Source: Candidatus Fokinia solitaria (lineage in GTDB: Bacteria; Pseudomonadota; Alphaproteobacteria; Rickettsiales; Midichloriaceae). From it: a stretch of DNA of 32,000 nucleotides. The translations under genes were made by a program, and so were the position numbers. The notes beneath the pieces are model-generated. The model saw only the letters and a program-made list of their open reading frames with translations. It was not told where the DNA came from and did no database searches. The stretch spans positions 420,001 to 452,000 of the forward strand of contig NZ_CP025989.1 of the NCBI RefSeq assembly GCF_003072485.1, read 5' to 3'. Below are positions 9,432 through 18,418 of this stretch, piece after piece (position 1 is the stretch's first letter; the number at the start of each line of letters is the position of its first letter).

Positions 9432-10061
9432 ATGAGTAAAACGCTGATAAATAGCAGAGAAATATCTAAGATATTTAAAATACTTCAGCTTTCCATCTCA
9501 AAGCCAGAAATAGAGCTTAATTATCATAATCCATTCTCGTTACTTGTAGCTGTTATACTATCAGCACAAAGTACTGATATAATGGTCAACAAGATTACAG
9601 ATAAGCTATTTAATATAGCAAAAACTCCCGAGGAATTTTTAAAGCTTGGAGAAGAAGGTTTGAAGCAGTATATTAAATCTATTAACTATTTTAACGTAAA
9701 AGCTAAACATATTACTCAATGCGCTGCACTGCTTCTGAATAGAGACATGCCAGATACTCTTGAAGAACTTGTGAAACTTCCTGGAATTGGAAGAAAATCC
9801 GCTAATGTAATATTAAATGTGATATTTCACAAACATACGGTAGCGGTAGATACTCATGTATTCAGAGTTTCTAACAGAATTGGACTCTGTAGTACACAAA
9901 ATCCATTTCAAACAGAAATTATATTAGAAAAGATAATACCAAAACGCTTTCTAAAAATTGCGCATCATCTTTTAGTTTTGCATGGAAGATACACATGTAA
10001 AGCGAGAAAGCCACTATGTTTAGAATGTAAAATTAATAAATTATGCAAAAAACTTCTTTGA
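9432..10061 (+). CDS. nth: Endonuclease III
   Basis: NPFSLLVAVILSAQSTD, LPGIGRKSANVILNV, AVDTHVFRVSNRIG, and 4Fe-4S pattern CKARKPLCLECKINKLC. Starts immediately after the yidC stop codon. Confidence 0.96.
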   Translation: MSKTLINSREISKIFKILQLSISKPEIELNYHNPFSLLVAVILSAQSTDIMVNKITDKLFNIAKTPEEFLKLGEEGLKQYIKSINYFNVKAKHITQCAALLLNRDMPDTLEELVKLPGIGRKSANVILNVIFHKHTVAVDTHVFRVSNRIGLCSTQNPFQTEIILEKIIPKRFLKIAHHLLVLHGRYTCKARKPLCLECKINKLCKKLL

Positions 10062-10156
10062 AAAATTTCAAGGTTATTCTCTCTTTCACATTTAAAGCAT
10101 TTCGATGTTTTAATAGTAATTTATGTGCCATTTATTAAGCGTAAAGCTTGCAGCAA

Positions 10157-10978
10157 ATGAAGATTTACGATAAACAAACGCCAAGACCGTTTATAAAATG
10201 GGCAGGAGGAAAAAGAATGATATTAAACGAGCTTCTTACCGCTTTGCCAGTAAAAATAAACGATTATTATGAACCTTTCGTAGGTGGTGGTGCTTTATTT
10301 TTTAAAATTTATAAAACAGCTAAGTATTGTTATCTTTCAGATTTAAATTCAGTTCTAATTGGCAGTTATAATGCAATAAAAACCGATACTGTAACGCTTA
10401 TCAAAAAGCTACAGTATCACGCGTTAAATCATACGACAAAATATTATTACGAAATTAGAGAGCATTTCTCTCAATCAGACGATTTGATAGAACGTTCAGC
10501 TAAATTTATATATCTTATGAAAACGTGCTATAATGGACTTTATAGAGTCAATAAGAGCAATAAATTTAATACTCCTGCTGGAAATTATAAAAATCCCGGC
10601 ATTTGCGATAGTGCTAATTTATACGCTGTTGCCGAGGCACTTCAAATGACTGATGTTAGCTGCCAAGATTTTGAGTATATTACCCCTAAAAAAGGCGATT
10701 TTGTCTACTTCGATCCACCGTATCACAGAGTGCAAAACAACTCTTTCGTAAAATACACCGATATTGGATTTTATGAGCAAGAACAAGTAAAACTTAGAGA
10801 TTTTGCGGTAATGCTTGGTAACCGAGGCGTAAATGTGATGATCTCAAATTCTGATACTGCTTTTATCAGAGAGTTATATTCTAATTTTAAAAGCCGTACA
10901 ATCCTTGCGCCAAGGATAATAAATTGCAAAACAAGTAGAAGAAGTTCTGTTTTGGAAAGGTTAATCACGAATTATTAA
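10157..10978 (+). CDS. dam: DNA adenine methylase, D12/Dam class
   Basis: RPFIKWAGGKRMILNELL, YYEPFVGGGALFF, FVYFDPPYH, and SNSDTAFIRELY...RTILAPRIINCKTSRRSSVLERLITNY. Track start is TTG at 10148; ATG at 10157 preferred. Confidence 0.93.
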   Translation: MKIYDKQTPRPFIKWAGGKRMILNELLTALPVKINDYYEPFVGGGALFFKIYKTAKYCYLSDLNSVLIGSYNAIKTDTVTLIKKLQYHALNHTTKYYYEIREHFSQSDDLIERSAKFIYLMKTCYNGLYRVNKSNKFNTPAGNYKNPGICDSANLYAVAEALQMTDVSCQDFEYITPKKGDFVYFDPPYHRVQNNSFVKYTDIGFYEQEQVKLRDFAVMLGNRGVNVMISNSDTAFIRELYSNFKSRTILAPRIINCKTSRRSSVLERLITNY

Positions 10979-11032
10979 ATTTGAATCGGTAATAATTTCT
11001 CCGCCTTTTGATACGATCTCATTTACATTTTA

Positions 11033-11063
11033 GCGCTAATAGTTCCGTTGAGATTGTTAGCGC
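11033..11063. terminator. Inverted repeat GCGCTAA/TTAGCGC downstream of the dam-type gene, possible terminator
   Basis: 7-bp perfect stem (11033-11039 / 11057-11063), 17-nt loop, followed on + by ACTTTTCATTTTT. Confidence 0.35.
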
Positions 11064-11209
11064 ACTTTTCATTTTTCAAATGAGTTAGAGATAGCTACTT
11101 CTTTTCAATTATAAGTGTTCATCATTTTTTCAGAAATATGATAGTTGATTTTTTGATATCTTTTGAATATCTAAACTCGATACCAACTTCTTTCTTAGAG
11201 AATTTTTCC

Positions 11210-12094
11210 TTAAGCTTTCGCAAAAAACTCCCTACGCAGCAAATTAATCACAAACGAATTTCCAGCTATAAAGCCACTTGTACATAGTGATTCGGGATCA
11301 CTTAAGTATTCTCCAGTAAGTGGAGAGATGAATTTATAATTTGATTGCTTTAATATAGCAAATCCTGCTGCAACGTCCCATATTTTACATGAGTAGTGCA
11401 TTACCGCAACAGCCTTTCCCGTCAATAAATATATCATATCTGACACTATCGAACCGCTAATACGTAAACAACACTGAAATGCTTTAATTTTTTCGAGAGT
11501 AGCATTAAATTGCGCTGCTTTATCACTAGTGTGATCCATATCTTCTTTCGGAAAGGAAAACATAAAAATACTGTGCGCCAAAGCTGTCTTTTCTAACTTA
11601 CCAGCAATTTTGTTATGCAGCTTTACATTATTACCGTTTTTATCTGATAAAAACGCACCTTCTAATGTGCTAAAATATGCTTCAGATAAAATCGGCAAGT
11701 ATATAACACCAACAATTACATCACGTATTATCGCTTTGTCATTTTCTACATTGCCTCTAGCTAGAGCTAGCGATATTCCTATAAGCGGATGATGATTTAT
11801 AAAGTTTGTAGTACCATCCAACGGATCTAGTACCCAAATCAAATTTTGATTCTGCGCTTGCATATTGCATGTATATGCAATGTCAGAATTTTCCTCTGTC
11901 AAAAAATGATACTTATACCCTGCACTAAAAAGTTCTTTTACAATATTGTTTTCCGAGTATAGATCTGTCTTCGTAAAAAAACTTGCCACTCCTTTTGATT
12001 GAGGCCTATTCTCTCCTTCGTAGAAATCTCTGCTAACATAAGTGCCGGCTTTTCTCACAGCAGCTAACATTGTTTTTAGAGCGTTATCTAGCAT
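11210..12094 (-). CDS. Inositol monophosphatase family protein
   Basis: FLTEEN, WVLDPLDGTTNFINHHPLIGISLALAR, and ISGSIVSDMIYLLTGKAVAVMHYSCKIWDVAAGFAIL are IMPase metal-binding motifs. SuhB-like assignment not certain. Confidence 0.92.
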   Translation of the reverse strand: MLDNALKTMLAAVRKAGTYVSRDFYEGENRPQSKGVASFFTKTDLYSENNIVKELFSAGYKYHFLTEENSDIAYTCNMQAQNQNLIWVLDPLDGTTNFINHHPLIGISLALARGNVENDKAIIRDVIVGVIYLPILSEAYFSTLEGAFLSDKNGNNVKLHNKIAGKLEKTALAHSIFMFSFPKEDMDHTSDKAAQFNATLEKIKAFQCCLRISGSIVSDMIYLLTGKAVAVMHYSCKIWDVAAGFAILKQSNYKFISPLTGEYLSDPESLCTSGFIAGNSFVINLLRREFFAKA

Positions 12095-12112
12095 GCAACG
12101 GCATAAAGAGTA

Positions 12113-12643
12113 TTATATCACTGGTATTTTACTCCACTTCAGATCTTTATAAAGGGAGATATTAATAGAAGTAATATAGTGAAGGATGCTTTCAATATCT
12201 ATATCAAATGCATTGCTATCATGCAATTTACGTAGCAAGTTGTCTTTATATATAGGATTATGAAGATCGAGTGATATATCTTGTATGTTTACTATGAGTG
12301 CTATTCTCTGTAAAGTGCGCCATATACTGGTATTCAGCAGTTCATACTCTTTTAATCGCATTCTACTCATAGCGATAAAAAGCTCAGGGTTATTATGGAT
12401 ATTGTTAAATGAATCGCCTAGTAGTACAGGTTGATGCGTAGGTAATTCCTCATGCGCCATTCCATGAGGTATGAAAGAGATTTTTTTATGACTCCAAAGC
12501 ATACCATCGTAGAATAATTCTTCCTCACGAGAGGTGAAAGAAACGAGTACTCTGCTGTACTTACTCAGTGCACCATCTATGATATTATATGTCATAGAGT
12601 GCTGCTCTACCGCATTCTGCGCAAGAAATAATGTCATCTCCAT
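12113..12643 (-). CDS. holC: Probable DNA polymerase III chi subunit (HolC-like)
   Basis: YSRVLVSFTSREEELFYDGMLWSHKKISFIPHGMAHEELPTHQPVLLGD matches the HolC pattern LWxxxxxSFIPHG...PVLL. The C-terminal part is not typical. Confidence 0.6.
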   Translation of the reverse strand: MEMTLFLAQNAVEQHSMTYNIIDGALSKYSRVLVSFTSREEELFYDGMLWSHKKISFIPHGMAHEELPTHQPVLLGDSFNNIHNNPELFIAMSRMRLKEYELLNTSIWRTLQRIALIVNIQDISLDLHNPIYKDNLLRKLHDSNAFDIDIESILHYITSINISLYKDLKWSKIPVI

Positions 12644-12648
12644 GGTAG

Positions 12649-13074
12649 TTACAGCGTATCAAACACATTTACATCATTGTTAATTCTCAGCTTAAAAAAA
12701 GCGCCTTCTCTTATTGCTGTAGTAGGAGTATTTTTCTTATGTATATCCACTTCTATTGCATGCTTAAAAGGATTTTCTGAAGATTTTATAATGTAGTCAG
12801 TGATAATTTCGTATATGGCATATGCGAGTCTCTCTATTGTATTGAAAGAAGCTTTTTCCGCAAATAAAAGTATTTTATCGCATAATGACTTATAGCATAC
12901 GCAGGATGATATCCTATCATCTAAACATGCATTTGGTAGTGTGGAAAATTCTAGAGAAACATCTATCCATACTTCTTGTTTAAATTGCCTCTCTTCTTTA
13001 GAACATCCAAGATGAACAAGTAATGCGAGTTGTGAAATTCGCAATATTGCTGTAGAAAAATCTGATAGTCCCAT
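12649..13074 (-). CDS. folB: Dihydroneopterin aldolase family protein
   Basis: LALLVHLGCSKEERQFKQEVWIDVSLEF..., DDRISSCVCYKSLCDKILLFAEKASFNTIERLAYAIYEII matches FolB motifs. Confidence 0.78.
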   Translation of the reverse strand: MGLSDFSTAILRISQLALLVHLGCSKEERQFKQEVWIDVSLEFSTLPNACLDDRISSCVCYKSLCDKILLFAEKASFNTIERLAYAIYEIITDYIIKSSENPFKHAIEVDIHKKNTPTTAIREGAFFKLRINNDVNVFDTL

Positions 13075-13081
13075 ATGCTAA

Positions 13082-14020
13082 ATGAAAACTGCATCGTTCG
13101 TGTTGAAATCGTTCTACTCCAAGTTAAAAGAGTTCTCAATCTCTAACTCATTAAAGACTCTCTTTTCTAATGAGAATGATGATATCAGAAGTAAAATGCT
13201 ACTTTCAGAGTTAGAGAGAGTATTGATAGAGGCAGATATCAGCGTGCATTTAGTACCTCGTATTACGCAACAAATAAAAGGTAACACATTTGAATCGGTA
13301 AAAGAGGAATTGAAAAGTAGTATTACGCAAATTTTGAATATCGTAGAGCATAGTAGCCCTCTTTCTAAAGCACTATTTGATAAGATTAAATTGAAGGAAA
13401 AGCACTACTCTATACTAATTTGCGGAGTAAATGGCAGTGGAAAATCTACAACAATAGCTAAAATCAGTAATCTACTAAAGTTGAATGAGTATAAGATTAT
13501 AGTTGCGGCTGCAGATACATTTAGAGCTGCGGCAACTGAACAGCTAGAAAGGATGTTGTTAAAAGTCGGAATAGCATCTCAAGATATTTTTGCACCTTCT
13601 GGTAACTGCGATCCTTCATCGGTGTGCTATCAAGGCTTTGAAGAAGCAATAAATAAAGATTACGATATTTTTATTGCTGATACTGCCGGTAGATTGCCGA
13701 CTAACGTTGATTTAGCGCGTCAATTGGAGAAAATGGCAAAAATTATGAATAAGCTGCATGTCAATGCGCCTTCAGAGGTTATTTTAGTAGTAGACGGCAC
13801 TTCCGGACAGAATGTCTTATCACAAGTGTCTGCCTTCAATGAAATAGTGAAAATTAGCGGACTTATAGTGACAAAATTAGATAATAGAGCTAAAGGAGGC
13901 ACTATCATTAGTGTCGTTGATAAATATAAAATACCTGTACTGGCTATATGTAGCGGAGAAAACATGAGTGCAATACAAAAATTTGATGTAAAAGAATTTG
14001 TTGATAATATGATACAATAG
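13082..14020 (+). CDS. ftsY: Signal recognition particle receptor FtsY
   Basis: SRP-type GTPase: CGVNGSGKSTTIAKIS, VAAADTFRAAATEQLERM, IADTAGRLPT, and TKLDNRAKGG. Confidence 0.92.
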   Translation: MKTASFVLKSFYSKLKEFSISNSLKTLFSNENDDIRSKMLLSELERVLIEADISVHLVPRITQQIKGNTFESVKEELKSSITQILNIVEHSSPLSKALFDKIKLKEKHYSILICGVNGSGKSTTIAKISNLLKLNEYKIIVAAADTFRAAATEQLERMLLKVGIASQDIFAPSGNCDPSSVCYQGFEEAINKDYDIFIADTAGRLPTNVDLARQLEKMAKIMNKLHVNAPSEVILVVDGTSGQNVLSQVSAFNEIVKISGLIVTKLDNRAKGGTIISVVDKYKIPVLAICSGENMSAIQKFDVKEFVDNMIQ

Positions 14021-14087
14021 AAGACTTACTTGATGAGTCATTTACTATAATATAGGAAAATATTTCAGAATTTTATATATTATTAAT

Positions 14088-14504
14088 ATGAGTAAATATA
14101 GAAGATTTGCATTGAATAAACTGATTCGTAGCAAAATTAATGTTAACAGCGAACTCGTAAAACACGGCTGTAAGCTCGAATGCGTAGTACTTGAGGAAGA
14201 TGAATATGAAAATAGCTTAAAAGCTAAATTAATGGAAGAAGCACAAGAAGTGATAGATTTTAAAGATAAAGAAGAATTAATAGAAGAAATAGGAGACCTA
14301 CTAGAGGTGATAAATGCAATATCCTCTTTTTATAAGATATCGCGCAGTGAGATAGAAAGAAAAAGAGAAGAAAAGAAAGAGAAAAAGGGAGGCTTTGAAG
14401 AGCGTATATTCGCAAAATACCTTGATATACCAAGTGATTGTAGCACGATAGCATCGTACTATGAAGAAAGAGCGGAAAAGTACCCTGAAATAGAATTATT
14501 ATGA
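14088..14504 (+). CDS. MazG-like / phosphoribosyl-ATP pyrophosphohydrolase-like protein
   Basis: FALNKLIRSKI..., LKAKLMEEAQEVIDFKDKEELIEEIGDLLEVINAI (EExxE...ExxD), and REEKKEKKGGFEERIFAKYL. Confidence 0.8.
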   Translation: MSKYRRFALNKLIRSKINVNSELVKHGCKLECVVLEEDEYENSLKAKLMEEAQEVIDFKDKEELIEEIGDLLEVINAISSFYKISRSEIERKREEKKEKKGGFEERIFAKYLDIPSDCSTIASYYEERAEKYPEIELL

Positions 14505-14506
14505 TA

Positions 14507-14534
14507 TCTGATGTTATTCCTACTTGACATCAGA
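14507..14534 (+). terminator. Hairpin just downstream of the MazG-like gene
   Basis: TCTGATGT (14507-14514) / ACATCAGA (14527-14534), 8-bp perfect stem. No strong T-tract. Confidence 0.3.
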
Positions 14535-14567
14535 ATAATGAATTTTCTACCATTCACCTTGTAAATT

Positions 14568-14586
14568 GAGGTCGTAACCTCTTTTT
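14568..14586 (+). terminator. Short GC-containing hairpin plus T5 upstream of rpsB (terminator or attenuator)
   Basis: GAGGT-CGTA-ACCTC followed directly by TTTTT, 72 nt before the rpsB ATG. Confidence 0.4.
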
Positions 14587-14658
14587 GTAACTTGCATAGA
14601 TAGCGTTGGTGCGTACTGAGTGCGTTGTTATTTATGCTAATTTAAAACCAAACGCAAA

Positions 14659-15570
14659 ATGACTACAGAAAATCAGAACGACAGTAAAGCTTTCTATGGA
14701 CGGCTTTTCACCGTTAAATCCTTGTTAGAAGGAAATGTGCAATACGGACATTCTCCAAGAAGATGGAATCCGAAAATGGAGAAATATATATATGGAATAC
14801 AAGGCGGAATGCACATCATCAATTTGAAGCTTACCGCGATACATCTCGAAAAAGCACTTCGTATACTAAGAGATTGTGCAAGTAAAGGAGGTAAAATACT
14901 GTTCGCTTCTACTAAAAAGCAAGCAGCTGGTATCGTATCGAAATATGCTATTGAATGTAAGCAATTTTACATGGAAGGTAGATGGCCAGGTGGAGTATTA
15001 ACGAATTGGAAAACTTTCTCTACTTCGATATCAAAGCTGGACAAATATGATAAAATGCTAGAATCAGGTGAAAACAGTGCATTAACGAAAAAAGAGAAGC
15101 TGATCTTAAAGAGAGAATATGAGAATTTGCTAAAATTGCTTGCTGGTATAAGACATATGGGTGGCGTGCCAAGCATGCTATTCGTAATAGGTAATATAGA
15201 AACTAAGACAGCGATACAAGAAGCTAAGAGAATGAAGATTCCTATCATAAGTATAGTTGACACTAATGCTAATCCAGAAGGTATAGATAACATCATTCCA
15301 GGTAATGATGATTCAAGAGTAGCTATAGAACTTTATTGTAAATTGGCTAAAGAAGCTATTTTAGAAGGATTAGCAAATCCTACTAGTGATAGTAGAAGAA
15401 GCAGCTATCCTAAGAGAGAAAACTTTAGTAATGACAAGCAAAGAGGAGAAAAAGTGAAAAAGCTTCGAAATTCTGTTGTAGATCCTTCGAAAAATTTAAA
15501 ACCTATTCTAGAAGTTGCAGAAAATGCAAAAGTTGATACCACAGAGGAAAGTAGTAAAAAAGCTGAGTAA
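14659..15570 (+). CDS. rpsB: 30S ribosomal protein S2 with extended Lys-rich C-terminus
   Basis: LLEGNVQYGHSPRRWNPKMEKYIYGIQGGMHIINL, GGVLTNWKT, HMGGVPSMLFVIG, and IVDTNANPEGIDNIIPGNDDSRVAIELYCKL. Confidence 0.97.
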   Translation: MTTENQNDSKAFYGRLFTVKSLLEGNVQYGHSPRRWNPKMEKYIYGIQGGMHIINLKLTAIHLEKALRILRDCASKGGKILFASTKKQAAGIVSKYAIECKQFYMEGRWPGGVLTNWKTFSTSISKLDKYDKMLESGENSALTKKEKLILKREYENLLKLLAGIRHMGGVPSMLFVIGNIETKTAIQEAKRMKIPIISIVDTNANPEGIDNIIPGNDDSRVAIELYCKLAKEAILEGLANPTSDSRRSSYPKRENFSNDKQRGEKVKKLRNSVVDPSKNLKPILEVAENAKVDTTEESSKKAE

Positions 15571-15616
15571 ATTGAAAAGGATTTGTAACTCACCTTTGTA
15601 AAAAAGCTGACTACAG

Positions 15617-15655
15617 CTCTTGCCTCATCGTGCGTTGATATTGATGAGGTAAGAG
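15617..15655. repeat. Strong hairpin in the rpsB-infB intergenic region
   Basis: CTCTTGCCTCATC (15617-15629) and GATGAGGTAAGAG (15643-15655): 13-bp stem with one G.U position, 13-nt loop. Confidence 0.6.
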
Positions 15656-15842
15656 GTGGAAAAGTTTTCGATATGTTTAAAGAAAAACTTTCTTTTCATA
15701 TTAGATTTTTTCGCAATATGCTAAGGTATTGAGTTGCATTTATCAGTGAATATCTGTATATTACTCTAAGCTTGATGAGGGTCTGCTCGGTATACTTTGC
15801 GTACATCGTTATGCCTCTCAACGTTCTAATATTTAAATTCTG

Positions 15843-18392
15843 ATGTCAGAAGATAAAAAAGAGGTCAGTACGAGGAAAATACTTGGCTTAGGAAAGCTAA
15901 AGGTGAATGCCTTTGAAATAGCTCGAAAAATCATTGAAGAAGATACATCAGATGCACATGTACAAGAACCAGTAGTGGAGCAGCTTCCGCATGTAGAACA
16001 TGCTGAAGAAAGCAGTAACATCCCTTACCATGAGAGATTAAAAGCCGCAAATGAAGCAGCTCTATCTTCTACTTCTGAAGTAACTTCTCACAAAGTTAGA
16101 AAAATAGGAAAGATTTCTTCAAATACAATTGCTGAAAAAGTTGTAAAATCTGACGAAATTGAAAAAGCTCTCGAAGCTGATCTTGATACAAATACCACAC
16201 TTGAAAGTAGCGCTACTGACAGTAAAGCACTTGCAAAACAACAAGTGCGGCACCGCCCTCGCCTCGATTATAGTGCACCTTTTACGATTTCTGAAGATTC
16301 GATAAAAAAAGTCTCTTTAGCTACTATACTCAAAGGTGAGAAAAAGATTAAAAATCTCAATAAGAAACCTCAGCAAGAAGCTACTCCAGCAGTAGCAGCG
16401 CCGCAGCAACAACAGCCTGTAGCGCAAAAATTACATAAAGAATCGCTAAAAAGCAAAGTCAATAAGCATAAGACTTTTAATGAAGCTGAGGAACGTAAAC
16501 GTAACGTCAAAAGAGTACATGATAATTTTAAAATCCATAAGATAAATACCTCTCAAGCTGCAAAATTACAAATCGATGAAATGACCGATTGGAGTGACAT
16601 AGTGTCATCCAAGAAATTCAGAAAAGATAGAGTGAAGAAACATAAAACTTCAGCGCCTAAAATAATTAGAGAAATTCAAATCGGTACCTCCATTACAATA
16701 AGCGAATTAGCTTCTAGAATGTCAGAAAAAGCAGCAGATTTGATGAAAAAACTCATCTCGCTTGGAGAAAAAAAGACTATAAATGACACTATAGACTACG
16801 AACTTGCCGCTTTACTTATTGAAGAATTTGGACATAAACATACTAAAATTAGCACTTCCGCTTCTATACTGAATGATTATCTAGCTAGTCATTCTTCTGG
16901 TAATAAAAAAGTACGCCCTCCTATAGTTACGGTAATGGGGCATATAGATCATGGGAAAACAACGCTTTTAGATACTTTACGCTCTAGTGCGGTAGCGAAA
17001 AAAGAACATGGAGGTATCACACAGCATGTTGCCGCGTATCAAGTTACTGTCAAAAATGGACAAAAGATAACATTTTTGGACACTCCAGGTCATGAAGCAT
17101 TTACTATGATGCGTGCACGAGGTGCAAGCCTTACTGATATCGTAGTTATTGTAATAGCAGCGGATGAAGGAGTAAAACAACAGACAGTAGAAGCTATAAG
17201 GCATGCTAAAGCATCAAATGTTCACATAATTGTAGCAGCTAATAAGATGGATAGTCCTAATGCGGATGTAACATTGGTGAAAAATGGATTACTTCAAGAA
17301 AATGTCATCCCGGAAGAGATGGGAGGAGATGTACCTATTATTCCAATTTCTGCTAAAACAGGGCAAGGACTAGATATCTTGCTTGATACTATATTAGCAT
17401 ATGGCGATATGCTAGACGTTCATGAAATTGATGGTCATGTTACTTCAGGTACAGTACTTGAAGCGAAAGTCACCAAATCTATGGGAACAATAATCAATGC
17501 TATAGTACTGAACGGAGTATTAAAAGTTGGAGATTATCTCAATATTGGACAAAAGCATGGCAAAATAAGACTAATGTACAATGACATTGGAGAAAGTATC
17601 ACAGCAGCTACAGCTTCTACTCCGGTAAGTATAGTAGGACTGAATGATAGCTCCTCTGTAGGGGAGAAGTTCTATGTCGTGCCGGAAAAATTAGCTAAGG
17701 AAATTGCTAATCTTGCACAGAAAAGTGTAGTAGATGATACTGTAGTGCATAGAGCTACCTTCGACACGTTAGCAAAAAATAAAGAATATAGGATAATACT
17801 AAAAGCTGACGTAAAGGGCTCTCTTGAAGCTATACAGCATGCAATAAGTGGCATTCAAACAGATGAAGTAGATATACGAATTATGCATCTCGGCGTAGGT
17901 GCGGCAACAGAATCTGACGTCTCGTTATCTTCTACGTGTAATGCGTGCATCATATGCTTCAATACTACTCAGTGTAGTAGCGAGGTAAAAGGAATGGCAA
18001 AAACACTTGGAATTGAAATTAGTACATATAATACCATATACCAAGTACTTGATTTCATAAAAGAACAAGTATCGGGTATGATGAAGCCTCTAGTTACGGA
18101 AAAAGACATTGGAGAAGCCGAAATTAGGCAAATGTTTTCGGCAAAATCTATAAATATAGCGGGATGCAGAGTTCTCTCTGGAGTAATTAAATCTTCGTCT
18201 AAAGTTCGGATTACAAGAAATGGTAACATTATACATAAAGGCGCTATTAAATCTCTCAGAAAAGGCACAGAACATGCAAAAGAGGTATTAAATGGTGTGG
18301 AGTGCGGTATTTGTCTCGAAAATTATAATGATATTGCAGTTGGTGATGTGATACATGCATATGAGGAGATTGTAGAGTATCGTAAGTTATAA
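15843..18392 (+). CDS. infB: Translation initiation factor IF-2
   Basis: RPPIVTVMGHIDHGKTTLLDTLR, FLDTPGHEAFTMMRARGA, AANKMD, plus the C-terminal IF-2 domains (GDVIHAYEEIVEYRKL). Confidence 0.98.
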   Translation: MSEDKKEVSTRKILGLGKLKVNAFEIARKIIEEDTSDAHVQEPVVEQLPHVEHAEESSNIPYHERLKAANEAALSSTSEVTSHKVRKIGKISSNTIAEKVVKSDEIEKALEADLDTNTTLESSATDSKALAKQQVRHRPRLDYSAPFTISEDSIKKVSLATILKGEKKIKNLNKKPQQEATPAVAAPQQQQPVAQKLHKESLKSKVNKHKTFNEAEERKRNVKRVHDNFKIHKINTSQAAKLQIDEMTDWSDIVSSKKFRKDRVKKHKTSAPKIIREIQIGTSITISELASRMSEKAADLMKKLISLGEKKTINDTIDYELAALLIEEFGHKHTKISTSASILNDYLASHSSGNKKVRPPIVTVMGHIDHGKTTLLDTLRSSAVAKKEHGGITQHVAAYQVTVKNGQKITFLDTPGHEAFTMMRARGASLTDIVVIVIAADEGVKQQTVEAIRHAKASNVHIIVAANKMDSPNADVTLVKNGLLQENVIPEEMGGDVPIIPISAKTGQGLDILLDTILAYGDMLDVHEIDGHVTSGTVLEAKVTKSMGTIINAIVLNGVLKVGDYLNIGQKHGKIRLMYNDIGESITAATASTPVSIVGLNDSSSVGEKFYVVPEKLAKEIANLAQKSVVDDTVVHRATFDTLAKNKEYRIILKADVKGSLEAIQHAISGIQTDEVDIRIMHLGVGAATESDVSLSSTCNACIICFNTTQCSSEVKGMAKTLGIEISTYNTIYQVLDFIKEQVSGMMKPLVTEKDIGEAEIRQMFSAKSINIAGCRVLSGVIKSSSKVRITRNGNIIHKGAIKSLRKGTEHAKEVLNGVECGICLENYNDIAVGDVIHAYEEIVEYRKL

Positions 18393-18418
18393 AATCTTTT
18401 TCATGTTTTCGTACGAGG

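Noticed and set aside
9432-10978. nth + dam as a novel DNA modification or defence module
   Set aside because: nth is a normal housekeeping gene immediately following yidC; adjacency to dam is more simply chance, and no nuclease or effector gene accompanies it.
16977-18275. Minus-strand ORFs 16977..17204, 17672..17854, 17969..18268, 18090..18275
   Set aside because: All lie within infB on the opposite strand; infB is unambiguous.
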